64,000 bases of DNA from Candidatus Bipolaricaulota bacterium (GCA_021735245.1 JAIPHJ010000006.1:2610-66609); one strand, 5' to 3'; shown: positions 43,499 through 52,129, counted from the first letter of the stretch. Made by a program: numbers and translations. Notes: generated by a model from the sequence alone, not told the origin.

Positions 43499-44162
43499 AT
43501 CTTTCTCTCAGTTCCTCCTCTGGCAGGTTGACCAGTTCTTCTAATTCGTCGTCAAACACGCCGTTATTAATTTCTTCAACTCTTTCCTTCAGGTGCTCGG
43601 ATTCCGGCGCCTGATATCGTCCGTAGATCCTCCGGGCGAGTTGCCCCACGTGGTGGTGAGGAATCTCGGCCGGGCAGCGGGCAGCGCAAAGACCGCACTG
43701 TATGCAGTCAAAGGATAATTCGGCTACTTCCTTAACGTTCCCCCTTATAGCTTCGTTAACGAAATCCATAACCTCCAGGTCCTGAGGGCACGTCTTCGTA
43801 CAGGTATTGCACGAAACACATCTTGCCAGCTCCGGATAGAGGTCGAGCAAAGGATTGTTCGATATCTCCAGCTCTTCCAGGTCGTATTGCTTTCTCCCGG
43901 CCGGAGTAAACGGTAGTTGAGTCAAGTACATGCCGTCCTGGACAGTCGTCTGGCAGGCCAGGTCGGTGTGGAGCTTGTAATCGCCCTCCAATCTGTAAAT
44001 CGTAGAGCAGGCACCGCAAAAACCCCCTCGGCACCCTACCCCTCGGATATATTGATAACCGCTGTACTCCATCGCCTTCATTATCGTCAAACCTCTGGGG
44101 ACCTCGTACTTCTTCCCCATTATGAATATTTCCAGGGTTTCGGTTTCCGGTTTATCAAGCAC
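43473..44162 (-). CDS. Fumarate reductase/succinate dehydrogenase-type iron-sulfur subunit (FrdB-like)
   Basis: 229 aa. N-terminal plant-type 2Fe-2S spacing CRGGFCGACS..C, then CVSCNTCTKTCP and CIQCGLCAARCP. Confidence 0.75.
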   Translation of the reverse strand: MLDKPETETLEIFIMGKKYEVPRGLTIMKAMEYSGYQYIRGVGCRGGFCGACSTIYRLEGDYKLHTDLACQTTVQDGMYLTQLPFTPAGRKQYDLEELEISNNPLLDLYPELARCVSCNTCTKTCPQDLEVMDFVNEAIRGNVKEVAELSFDCIQCGLCAARCPAEIPHHHVGQLARRIYGRYQAPESEHLKERVEEINNGVFDDELEELVNLPEEELRERYENREIES

Positions 44163-44166
44163 GATA

Positions 44167-45063
44167 TCACCTCTCGCTGCCCGCTTTAGTCTTTAATTCG
44201 AGAACTTCTCTCGGATCTATCGCGTGTTCGGCGAACTTGTTAACTTCTGGGTACCCAAACGCGATCGCCATCAATTGAGTGAAGTAAATAACCGGCACGG
44301 GTTTATGATTCGGAGCTACTTCGAGTAAATCGGACTGTCTGCTGTCCAGGTTGAAATGGCAGAGAGGACAGGCCGTAATGATGACGTCTGCTCCGGATTT
44401 TTTCGCCCCGGCGGTAATAGTTTGAGTCTTGTTTAAAACCATTTCCTCGTTGTCGACGGTATTATAGGAGCCGCAGCATTCCGTTTCGTAAGGAAAATCC
44501 ACTGGGGTTCCCCCAAGGCTCTCCACCAGTTCGTCGAATACAGTAGGATCGTGGGGATCGTCTAGACCGATCTCTTTTGGCCTGGTAAGCATACAGCCGT
44601 AGTAAGGAGCTACGTTTAGACCTTCCAGAGGGTTAACGACCCGGTCTCGTACCTCACCCCAGCCAAGGTCGTCGCGGAGTAACTCCAGGTAATGATGGAC
44701 TTCTACGCTCCCTTCGTAATCGTTCTCCTGGTCCATGAAGTTGTTTATCTTGTCTCTCTTGTCCTCTTCTCCCCTTACAAGCGAGTTCGCCCGTTTGAGG
44801 GTATTGTCACACATCGAACATAACGTGTACAGTTCGTCCGATCCCTCGTCGCGAGCCCTGATCAGGTTTCTGATCGGGCCAAGCTGTTTCATAAGGTTAT
44901 CATCGGTCAGGGAATATACCGTTCCACAGCAGTTCCATCGGGAAAGTTCTTTTAGGTTTACGCCCATCTCTTCCGATACCTTCAACGCGGAATCTTCAAA
45001 GCTTTTCGCGGCCTCTTTTAAGCTGCAACCCGGGTAATAAGCAATATCTCTCATTTCTATCAA
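44167..45063 (-). CDS. HdrB-like protein with two CCG (Cys-rich) domains
   Basis: 298 aa. YYPGCS..WNCCGT and YYGCM..ECCGS..CPLCHFNL patterns, as in HdrB/SdhE/TfrB C-terminal domains. Confidence 0.8.
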   Translation of the reverse strand: MIEMRDIAYYPGCSLKEAAKSFEDSALKVSEEMGVNLKELSRWNCCGTVYSLTDDNLMKQLGPIRNLIRARDEGSDELYTLCSMCDNTLKRANSLVRGEEDKRDKINNFMDQENDYEGSVEVHHYLELLRDDLGWGEVRDRVVNPLEGLNVAPYYGCMLTRPKEIGLDDPHDPTVFDELVESLGGTPVDFPYETECCGSYNTVDNEEMVLNKTQTITAGAKKSGADVIITACPLCHFNLDSRQSDLLEVAPNHKPVPVIYFTQLMAIAFGYPEVNKFAEHAIDPREVLELKTKAGSER

Positions 45064-45443
45064 CCGGTCTTTTTCCGGAGATTGCTAACCAGAGCTATTT
45101 CGGGTAGGTCCTTGGTCTCTAGTTCGTTTAGATCGACCCTGTCCAAATTTTTTCTCAGGCTGATTTCCCTCATTGCCTCCATTATCGCCGGTACGTCGTT
45201 GCCCTTCGGGCAATCAACTTCGCAGCTAAGACAGGAGGCGCAGGTCCAGGGGGTGTTGGAATCCAGGACGGATCCGTCGCCCATCTGAACCTTTCTAAGA
45301 ACCTGATTGGGCAATTGATCCATTTCTTCGGTAAACGGACACCCGGCGGAACACTTACCACATTGGTAGCAGGAAAATATATTTTCCCCGCTCAGTTCTT
45401 CTACTTCTGCCGTGAGGTCACGGTCGGAATTGGTTAAGTCCAT
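45060..45443 (-). CDS. HdrC-like 2x[4Fe-4S] protein
   Basis: 127 aa. CYQCGKCSAGCP and CASCLSCEVDCP. ATGA overlap with the HdrB-like gene; GGAGG RBS. Confidence 0.8.
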   Translation of the reverse strand: MDLTNSDRDLTAEVEELSGENIFSCYQCGKCSAGCPFTEEMDQLPNQVLRKVQMGDGSVLDSNTPWTCASCLSCEVDCPKGNDVPAIMEAMREISLRKNLDRVDLNELETKDLPEIALVSNLRKKTG

Positions 45444-45652
45444 ATTGCCTCCGGTTTTTCCTAATTGAGCTTACCTGGTAATCGTTCGATAAAACCGCAG
45501 GTGATTTCCCCAGCGAGGAAATCACTGCTTCCGATCTCGGCCTCGCTCTCCGCCCTTTCAGAGAAAGGGTGGAATCGTGCCCGCTCGGCCTCCGATAGGA
45601 TTTTCCTGAACGATCACCAGGTGAGCTAGTTATAGTTGTTGATACACCTTTA
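45444..45652 (-). other. 209-nt hairpin-rich spacer inside the operon (between mvhA and the hdrC-like gene)
   Basis: A long-range 19-bp stem pairs 45469-45487 with 45608-45626 (17 Watson-Crick pairs, 1 wobble, 1 mismatch). Inside it are perfect hairpins at 45501-45525 (9 bp) and 45553-45569 (7 bp), plus the direct repeat CTCGGCCTC at 45536 and 45584. Confidence 0.6.
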
Positions 45653-47110
45653 TTACCTTTCAATTTCTTTTATTAATTCTCCTTCCGAATCGTAGATGCT
45701 CAAACCAACGTTCAACCCACCGTCAACGCTGTGAGTCGCGCAGGCAAGGCAGGGATCGTAGGGTCGAAAACCCATTTCTACCTGATTTAGCACCTGTTCG
45801 TCGTTCATTCCGTCATCCAGAGCTTCGAGAGCTGCCTGTTTTATCGAGATGGAAAGAGCCGCGCTGTTGCTAGTAGTGGGAACGATCATGTTTGCACTCT
45901 CTACCAGACCTTCATCGTCCAAATTGTAACCGTGTATGAGCGTTCCCCGAGCGGCTTCAATCACTCCAACTCCCTCGCCGGGCTCTTCGACGGGGGACCT
46001 GAGGTCATCACTCGTTATTCCTTCTTTGGACGCCAGTTTGTTAATCCTCTCCGCGGCCTGGACCATTTCTATCAGCCTTGCCCAGTGGTAGGCGTAAGTC
46101 TGGTGAACGGGAGTACCGTCGAAATGATCGACGTACCTCTCGTACTCTTCCTGGGCGAGGTCCGTTTTCATTCCTTCCGCAACGTTTAGCCTCGCCAGCG
46201 GCCCGACCCTAAATACCCCGCTATCTTCCCCGGCCTGGAAATCCTTCCAGCCAACTTCTTTCAGGTAGGGGAATTTAACGTAAGTCCAGGGTTCGACCCT
46301 TTCTTCGAGCAGGTCCATTGCCTCCGAAGTCTCGGTTCTAAGGAATTCTTCCCCCGCTGGATCGACTACCCTGATGTCTCCGTCGTAGAACGAGACCTCA
46401 CCCCGATCGCCGACCAAGCCCATGTAGTAGGAGTTAAGCGAGTATTCCCGGTCGTCGACTAACGAACCGAACTTTTCCGTATCGATTACTTTCTCGCGGA
46501 ACAAATCCAGGGTTTCCCGGGCGAAGTCGAGCGCTGACTCGCCTATCGAGATCAATTTATCTTTTTCTTCCGGGGTTATTCCCTGAGATAGGCCACCCGG
46601 TACTCCCGTGACGGGATGAACCTGGTGTCCGCCAATTATTTCGATCGCTTCGTGGGCTAACCTGCGGGTACTGATAACCTTCTTTCCTGCCTCCTCCCCC
46701 AGTGCATTAATTACGCCAACTATGTTTCTTTCCGCCTTTTTTCCGTCCTCTACCAGGAAGTCAGGCCCTCCGAGGTAAAACAGATGGAGCAGGTGGTCGG
46801 CAAATATGTAGGAGTTATAAAGTAGCTCTCTGAGGTCCAGGGCAGTACGAGGGGGAGCAGTCGAAAACGCTGCGTCAAGGGCCTTGGTCGAGGCGAAATG
46901 GTGAGCTTCCGGGCATACCCCGCATATCCTTTCCGTAATTCTGGGCATTTCTTCCCCCTTCCGCCCCCGGGAGAACTCCTCGAATCCCCTGAGTTCGGGA
47001 ACCTGAAGAACGGCGTCTTCCGGCATGCCGTTCTCGTCCAGGAAGATTTCTATCTTTCCGTGCCCCTCCAGCCTGGTAATTGGATCGATGGATATCTTAC
47101 GTTCGGTCAT
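45653..47110 (-). CDS. mvhA: [NiFe] hydrogenase large subunit, Mvh/F420-non-reducing type
   Basis: 485 aa. N-terminal RLEGHGKIEIF and RICGVCPEAHH (CxxC). C-terminal DPCLACATH Ni-ligand motif. Confidence 0.85.
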   Translation of the reverse strand: MTERKISIDPITRLEGHGKIEIFLDENGMPEDAVLQVPELRGFEEFSRGRKGEEMPRITERICGVCPEAHHFASTKALDAAFSTAPPRTALDLRELLYNSYIFADHLLHLFYLGGPDFLVEDGKKAERNIVGVINALGEEAGKKVISTRRLAHEAIEIIGGHQVHPVTGVPGGLSQGITPEEKDKLISIGESALDFARETLDLFREKVIDTEKFGSLVDDREYSLNSYYMGLVGDRGEVSFYDGDIRVVDPAGEEFLRTETSEAMDLLEERVEPWTYVKFPYLKEVGWKDFQAGEDSGVFRVGPLARLNVAEGMKTDLAQEEYERYVDHFDGTPVHQTYAYHWARLIEMVQAAERINKLASKEGITSDDLRSPVEEPGEGVGVIEAARGTLIHGYNLDDEGLVESANMIVPTTSNSAALSISIKQAALEALDDGMNDEQVLNQVEMGFRPYDPCLACATHSVDGGLNVGLSIYDSEGELIKEIER

Positions 47111-48092
47111 TCTCGCCTCCCTCGGAAACTTTTCCGCCGAAGATCGAATTCGAAAGTGAAAAGGTGTAAAAAGTCCCTATTGGATCCGGAAGGTTGCTCA
47201 ATAGTTCCTTTTCCCGTTCCAGGGCTTGACCTTCCTCCCCAAGTTGAAGTACGGAGGCCAGGCTGTTTAGCATCTCCGTGCCCTGATCCTCGACCTTCGG
47301 AGGTGGGCCAAAACAACCCTTACAGGGCATATTTACCGCCGGACAACTACCGTCACAACCGCTCCTTGTTACAGGTCCCATACAAATTATCCCCTGATCG
47401 AGCAAGCACCTGTCGGGATCTATCTCTACTTCCTGAGGTCTTACCAGTTCATCTATCGTTTCCCGATTCCACTCTCTCGAACACTCGTCACAGACCGTCT
47501 TGCTTCCCGCTACGACTGATCCTTTCTCGGGTAACTCTCCCTTTACTAAAAGGTCGAGAAAATCCTCGGTAAGATCGGGAGGAGGCGGGCAACCGGGAAC
47601 CGTGTAATCTACGTCGACCACCCGATCCAGGTTTCTTACCCTCTCCTGAAGCCCCGGCAGGTTCAGTGTTTGTCCGTCTTTTTTCGTCGATTCTCGAGGG
47701 GTGATGCCATCGGGGTTGTTGCTCGTTGGGGTTCCTCTGTAGACCGTATCGAACAATTCTTTTTTTTCGCTCATGTTTGCCATACCCGGGATTCCGCCCT
47801 GGTGGGCGCAGGACCCGTAGGCAACGAGCAGTTCGGACTTTTCTCTCAACAGTTCGGCTATCTCTTCGTTTTCGGTCGTCCTGATACCTCCGTTAAAGAA
47901 GGTCAGGTCGAGTTCGTTTTTTCCGTAGCCTTTTAGATCGTCGTACTTGAAATCCGTCGCTGCTGGCCAAAAAGCAATATCGGCGTAATCGAGCAGGTCC
48001 AGTATTCTTTCGTGCAACCCTAATAACGCAACGTCACAGCCCCCACATGAAGCAGCCCAGTAGGCGCCTATTTTCTTCTTATTCTTGGGCAT
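47097..48092 (-). CDS. mvhG: [NiFe] hydrogenase small subunit, cytoplasmic (no twin-arginine signal)
   Basis: The track ORF (to 48155) over-extends into mvhD. The start is taken at ATG 48092 (MPKNKKKIGAYWAASCGGCDVALLG). The C-terminal half has further Fe-S Cys clusters. 14-nt overlaps on both sides. Confidence 0.8.
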   Translation of the reverse strand: MPKNKKKIGAYWAASCGGCDVALLGLHERILDLLDYADIAFWPAATDFKYDDLKGYGKNELDLTFFNGGIRTTENEEIAELLREKSELLVAYGSCAHQGGIPGMANMSEKKELFDTVYRGTPTSNNPDGITPRESTKKDGQTLNLPGLQERVRNLDRVVDVDYTVPGCPPPPDLTEDFLDLLVKGELPEKGSVVAGSKTVCDECSREWNRETIDELVRPQEVEIDPDRCLLDQGIICMGPVTRSGCDGSCPAVNMPCKGCFGPPPKVEDQGTEMLNSLASVLQLGEEGQALEREKELLSNLPDPIGTFYTFSLSNSIFGGKVSEGGENDRT

Positions 48093-48495
48093 TGCTAAAC
48101 GGCCCCGGTCCAAGTTCTTTAATTTCGGCAGTAAAGTCCTCCACGGTGCGGGCAAACTTTTCCCCCTCCGTAGCCGAAATCCATTCCAGCCTGACCCTAT
48201 CCGGATTCAGGCCGAAGTCCTCAAGAACGTGTTTCAGCAGGGCCACTCGCCTCCAGGTTTTGTAATTACCGCTTGTATAATGACAGTCCCCGGGATGACA
48301 GCCGCTTACGAGGACGCCGTCCGCACCGTCCTTTAACGCTTTGACAATGTGATTGACGTCTATTCTGCCCGAACAATTTACTGTAATCGGTACGAGGTTC
48401 GAGGGATAGCTCTCTCTGCTTACCCCGGCCAGGTCAGCTCCCGCGGAAGAACACCATTTACAGAGAAAACCAACCAATTTGGGTTCAAAATCCAT
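48079..48495 (-). CDS. mvhD: Methyl-viologen-reducing hydrogenase delta subunit (MvhD/FlpD)
   Basis: 138 aa. KLVGFLCKWCSSAGADLAG..VNCSGRID..VLVSGCHPGDCHY, the conserved MvhD Cys pattern. Confidence 0.85.
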   Translation of the reverse strand: MDFEPKLVGFLCKWCSSAGADLAGVSRESYPSNLVPITVNCSGRIDVNHIVKALKDGADGVLVSGCHPGDCHYTSGNYKTWRRVALLKHVLEDFGLNPDRVRLEWISATEGEKFARTVEDFTAEIKELGPGPFSNAQE

Positions 48496-48497
48496 GG

Positions 48498-50459
48498 TTA
48501 ATCACCGATGTGAGCGTGGATCATTTCCGTCAGTTGTTCATCCGTTAAGTTCCTTAAATTTAACGCGTTGGTCGGGCATCCGGAAGCACAGGTTCCACAG
48601 CCCTCGCAGAGTATCTCGTTTACCTCGGCAACGCCCTGAGAGTTTATTTCGAGGGCGTCGTAGGGGCACTGGCCGACGCATAATCCACAGCCGCTACAGA
48701 GATCTTCGTCTATTTCGACTACTTGTGGGTCGTGAGATATCTTCGGCTTGGCCAGTAGGTCTATGGCCTTGGCCGCGGCACCGCTTCCCTGCGAAACGGA
48801 ATCCGGAATGTCTTTTGGTCCCTGACCCGTTCCTGCAAAGAAGACGCCTCCGGTTAGACTCTCCACCGGCCTCAACTTGGGGTGAGCTTCCTTGAAGAAA
48901 CCGTTAGCGCCGAGGTTCAAGTTCAACTTTTTGCTCGTTTCGTCAGTTCCCTCGGATGGAACTACCGACTGAGCCAGGACGACGAGGTCGGCATCGATCT
49001 CCACTCTCTCGCCGGCTATCTCGTCCAAACCCCATATTCTCATCTTTCCGTCGGCTCTCTTTAGCTTCGATACCTTTCCTTTGAGGTAAAGGACTCTGTC
49101 CTCCTCCCGGACGTCCTGAATGAACTCTTCGTAATTCTTTCCACCCGCCCGGATATCTATGTAGAACACGTATGCATTACCCTCGGGAACGCTTTCCTTA
49201 TATAATTTTGCATGTTTTGCAGTGTACATGCAGCAGATTTTCGAACAATAAGAATTGTGATTTTCCGGGTCCCGGGATCCGGAACACTGGATGAAGACCA
49301 CGTTCTCCGGTATTTTACCGTCGGAAGGCCTCCGAACTACTCCACCTGTCGGGCCGGTCGCCGAAAGTAGCCTCTCAAACTGGAGTCCGTCGATTACGTC
49401 CTCGTACTTCCCGTAACCGTATTCTCCCATCTCCTCTTTCGGATAGAGGTCGTATCCCGTTGCTACTATTATTGCCCCGAATTCCTCCTCCAAGTACTCG
49501 GAACTCTGGTCGAAATCTATTGCGTCGGCGTCGCAGGCTTCGGAACACTCGCTGCACCTTAGCGGATTCAGGCCGAGACACGAGTCCGTATCCAGAGTGT
49601 AAGAGGATGGAATCGCCTGAGAAAACGGGATATTTATTGCCTTGCGGGTCTCGAGACCCTGGTTGAACTCGTCGGTTACTTCCACCGGACAGGCGTCCTC
49701 GCAGTCCCCGCAGAGGTTGCAGGCGTCCTCGTCAACATAGGTGGGTTTCCTCTCTATTTGAGCACTGTAATTTCCCACGTAGCCAGAAATATCTTTTACC
49801 TCGCTGTAGGCCATCAGTTCAATATTCGGGTGCTGATTTAATTCAACCATTTTGGGAGTCAGAATACACTGAGAACAGTCCAGCGTGGGGAAAGTCTCGG
49901 ACAGCTGGGCCATGTGCCCACCGATGGTAGGTTCTTTTTCAACCAAAATTACCTCGTTACCGGCTTCGGCCACGTCCAGTGCGGCCTGAATCCCCGCTAT
50001 TCCTCCGCCGATAACCAGGCATTTGGCTGAGTGTTCTCGCTCCACGGGCTCCATTGAGACGTTCCTCTTTACTTTTTCCACTGCCCCTTTAATTATTTTG
50101 AGTGCCTTTTGGGTGGGCCTGTCGCCGGCTTCGCCGTGAACCCAGGAGCACTGTTCTCTTATATTGGCTATCTCGCACTGATATCGATTCAACCCGACGT
50201 CCTCTACCGCTCCCCGGAAAGTATCTTCGTGCATCGAGGGGGAGCAGGCTGCAACGACGACCCCGGTCAAGTTCTCTTCCTCGATTGCCTCCTTTATTTT
50301 GTTCTGGCCGGGGTCAGAGCACATGTACTCGTAGTCGGTACTAAATGAGACGTTGTCGTAACCGATGATCTCTTCTGCCAGGTCCGATACGTCAACCGTT
50401 CCCGCGATGTTTTCTCCACAGTGGCAGATAAAGACACCGATCCTTGGCTTAATAGCCAT
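48498..50459 (-). CDS. hdrA: HdrA-like FAD/Fe-S flavoprotein (electron-bifurcating subunit type)
   Basis: The track ORF (to 50519) over-extends into korG. The start is taken at ATG 50459 (MAIKPRIGVFICHCGENIAG) behind GGGAGG. FAD fold VIGGGIAGIQAALDVAEAG, inserted ferredoxin domains (CNLCGDCEDACP, CSECSEACDADAI) and a C-terminal CSGCGLCVGQCP / CEGCGTCASGCP. Confidence 0.85.
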   Translation of the reverse strand: MAIKPRIGVFICHCGENIAGTVDVSDLAEEIIGYDNVSFSTDYEYMCSDPGQNKIKEAIEEENLTGVVVAACSPSMHEDTFRGAVEDVGLNRYQCEIANIREQCSWVHGEAGDRPTQKALKIIKGAVEKVKRNVSMEPVEREHSAKCLVIGGGIAGIQAALDVAEAGNEVILVEKEPTIGGHMAQLSETFPTLDCSQCILTPKMVELNQHPNIELMAYSEVKDISGYVGNYSAQIERKPTYVDEDACNLCGDCEDACPVEVTDEFNQGLETRKAINIPFSQAIPSSYTLDTDSCLGLNPLRCSECSEACDADAIDFDQSSEYLEEEFGAIIVATGYDLYPKEEMGEYGYGKYEDVIDGLQFERLLSATGPTGGVVRRPSDGKIPENVVFIQCSGSRDPENHNSYCSKICCMYTAKHAKLYKESVPEGNAYVFYIDIRAGGKNYEEFIQDVREEDRVLYLKGKVSKLKRADGKMRIWGLDEIAGERVEIDADLVVLAQSVVPSEGTDETSKKLNLNLGANGFFKEAHPKLRPVESLTGGVFFAGTGQGPKDIPDSVSQGSGAAAKAIDLLAKPKISHDPQVVEIDEDLCSGCGLCVGQCPYDALEINSQGVAEVNEILCEGCGTCASGCPTNALNLRNLTDEQLTEMIHAHIGD

Positions 50460-50460
50460 G

Positions 50461-51021
50461 TTACCTCCCGGTAATTTTTTCTTTGACCAGCTCCGATCCG
50501 TATTCGTACCCACTTTCAAACGCTCGCTCGTTTAGGTCTTCGGTGCCTTCGGGTACGGACGAGAGAACGGACTCTTTCATCTTTGCCCTGTCTACGGCTT
50601 CCGTTATAGCTACCAGGGCGCCTAACATGACTACGTTGGCGACTATTTTATGTCCCAGATCTTCCGCGATCTTTGTGGCGGGTACCTGGTACTGTTTTAC
50701 CCCCCCGGGTTGCTCATCTTCTTCAACCAGATCTTTTTCCAGCAACATAATTCCGCCGTCCTGAATTTGATCGCTGTATTTCTCGTAAGCTTCCTGGGAC
50801 ATCAGGACAAGAATTTCGGGAACCGTGATCTGTGGGTAATCGATCTTTTCGTCTTCAATAACTACGTCGGCGCTGCAGGCTCCGCCTCGTGCTTCGGGCC
50901 CGTAAGATTGGATCAGTACAGCGTTTTTGTCTTCGAAGATAGACGCTGCCTTTCCCGTCATGTTTCCCGCGGATATTATTCCCTGGCCCCCGAAGCCGCC
51001 AAATCTTATTTCCTTCCTCAC
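50461..51021 (-). CDS. korG: 2-oxoacid:ferredoxin oxidoreductase gamma subunit
   Basis: 186 aa. IRFGGFGGQGIISAGNMTGKAA..QSYGPEARGGACSADVVI, a typical gamma subunit. First gene of the 12-gene unit. Confidence 0.85.
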   Translation of the reverse strand: MRKEIRFGGFGGQGIISAGNMTGKAASIFEDKNAVLIQSYGPEARGGACSADVVIEDEKIDYPQITVPEILVLMSQEAYEKYSDQIQDGGIMLLEKDLVEEDEQPGGVKQYQVPATKIAEDLGHKIVANVVMLGALVAITEAVDRAKMKESVLSSVPEGTEDLNERAFESGYEYGSELVKEKITGR

Positions 51022-51261
51022 TTTACCACCCTCTATACCTCGATTTGTCCTCTTGATTTCTTTTTAAGATAGTATCGGTCCGAAGATTCTCGTTCCATGA
51101 TCAAAATCAACCAGTAAGCTGATTAAACTCAATTTAGACCGCGAGCACGAATTGCTTTTATTGACTTACGGAGAATACCCCGTACTCTGGACGGAGATGA
51201 GTTCGGAAATTCGTATTTAAATTGAAATCGAGGCGGCAAAGCCATGAATCGGGCGTAATTT

Positions 51262-51289
51262 CCCGCCCGGAAGGGCGGGGTAGTTGACT
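51262..51289. repeat. Solo right-end module of the family-A repeat (GGAA-loop hairpin + TTGACT)
   Basis: CCCGCCC-GGAA-GGGCGGG-gtag-TTGACT matches 56414-56440 (CCGCCC-GGAA-GGGCGG-agaaa-TTGACT). Confidence 0.6.
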
Positions 51290-51517
51290 CTCTTTAATTC
51301 GATAAGCCGTATGGCTCCGGGTGTTCCGGATCTTTTGGTACAGCGAACCGATAAGCTGCGATCGCCGAATATTGTGGAATGGTAATTAAGGTAGGTGGAT
51401 AAACCGTAGTTCGAAACTAATTAAGAACCCCCAGGATTTTTCCCGGGGGTAATGAAAATCTTCGACAAGTTTTATCGTCTGGAGCGAAGGTCCTGTTTAA
51501 GTTAGTATTTAATCCAA

Positions 51518-52129
51518 TTAATTGGTGAACACGGAATTCGATATGTTCCGGTTTACCCTGATATCGTAGACCCTTGCGGTTCCGTTTTCGTCCTCCACCC
51601 TGAACTCCTCACCTTCCATCTCCTGCCATTCCTTGACTCTATAGGTGAGATACCGGTCGGCCCTGTTTTGCCACATCTGAGTGAAGGCAAGTCCGGTAAA
51701 GTAAGTCCATTCGCTGGAGGAATAATCATTCACCCATCCTTCGTTCGTGCTACCCTTTAAAATGATGGTCATTTCGGCCCCGTCGTCCCTGGTGGAATCG
51801 ATTCGGATGTCCTCGGTCTCGGTCTCGGGTTGTCTTACCCTGAACCTGTGAGTGTAGCTTTCATCATCCGTGGTTACGTCAACTTTGAAGTCCAGGCTCG
51901 TAACGTTACCTGACAGGTCCGACTTATCTTCTTGCTTGGAGGTAACTCCAGTATCTTTCTGGTCTAACTGGGTTTCTTTATACTGCTGGCTTTCCTCGGG
52001 TGTCCGTTCCACGGTCGGCTGTCCTAATTCTGCCCGGGGAACCATTTGGGTGTCCATTAAAGTGCCACTGACCAGGGCAACTCCTACCACCAATCCCGCC
52101 ACCATTAATAACAACAACACCTTATCCAT
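51518..52129 (-). CDS. Hypothetical exported/membrane-anchored protein
   Basis: The track ORF (to 52303) overlaps the S41 peptidase gene. The start is taken at ATG 52129 (MDKVLLLLMVAGLVVGVALVSG) behind GGGAGG. The acidic mature part has no recognisable motif. Confidence 0.5.
   Translation of the reverse strand: MDKVLLLLMVAGLVVGVALVSGTLMDTQMVPRAELGQPTVERTPEESQQYKETQLDQKDTGVTSKQEDKSDLSGNVTSLDFKVDVTTDDESYTHRFRVRQPETETEDIRIDSTRDDGAEMTIILKGSTNEGWVNDYSSSEWTYFTGLAFTQMWQNRADRYLTYRVKEWQEMEGEEFRVEDENGTARVYDIRVNRNISNSVFTN

Noticed and set aside
45653-50459. Selenocysteine (in-frame TGA) in HdrA/MvhD/MvhA, as seen in some hydrogenase/Hdr systems
   Set aside because: All four ORFs are continuous, with Cys at the expected ligand positions. 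No internal TGA or SECIS-like hairpin is needed to explain them.
50461-50519. Long N-terminal extensions given by the ORF track for hdrA, mvhG (48093-48155), korA (41523-41582), the fumarase beta gene (36614-36679), the 51518 ORF (52130-52303) and the S41 peptidase (53410-53430)
   Set aside because: Each extension overlaps the upstream gene by 20-175 nt. Each lacks an RBS, and an internal start with a GGAGG-type RBS sits exactly at the upstream stop codon. The shorter coordinates were used.
51427-51478. Treating the hairpin + CTTCGACAAGTTTTATCG as a bona fide inverted copy of the family-A left end
   Set aside because: Only about 12 of 21 positions match, and the hairpin sequence is unrelated. 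It is mentioned as a possibility, but the similarity is too weak to call without an aligner.
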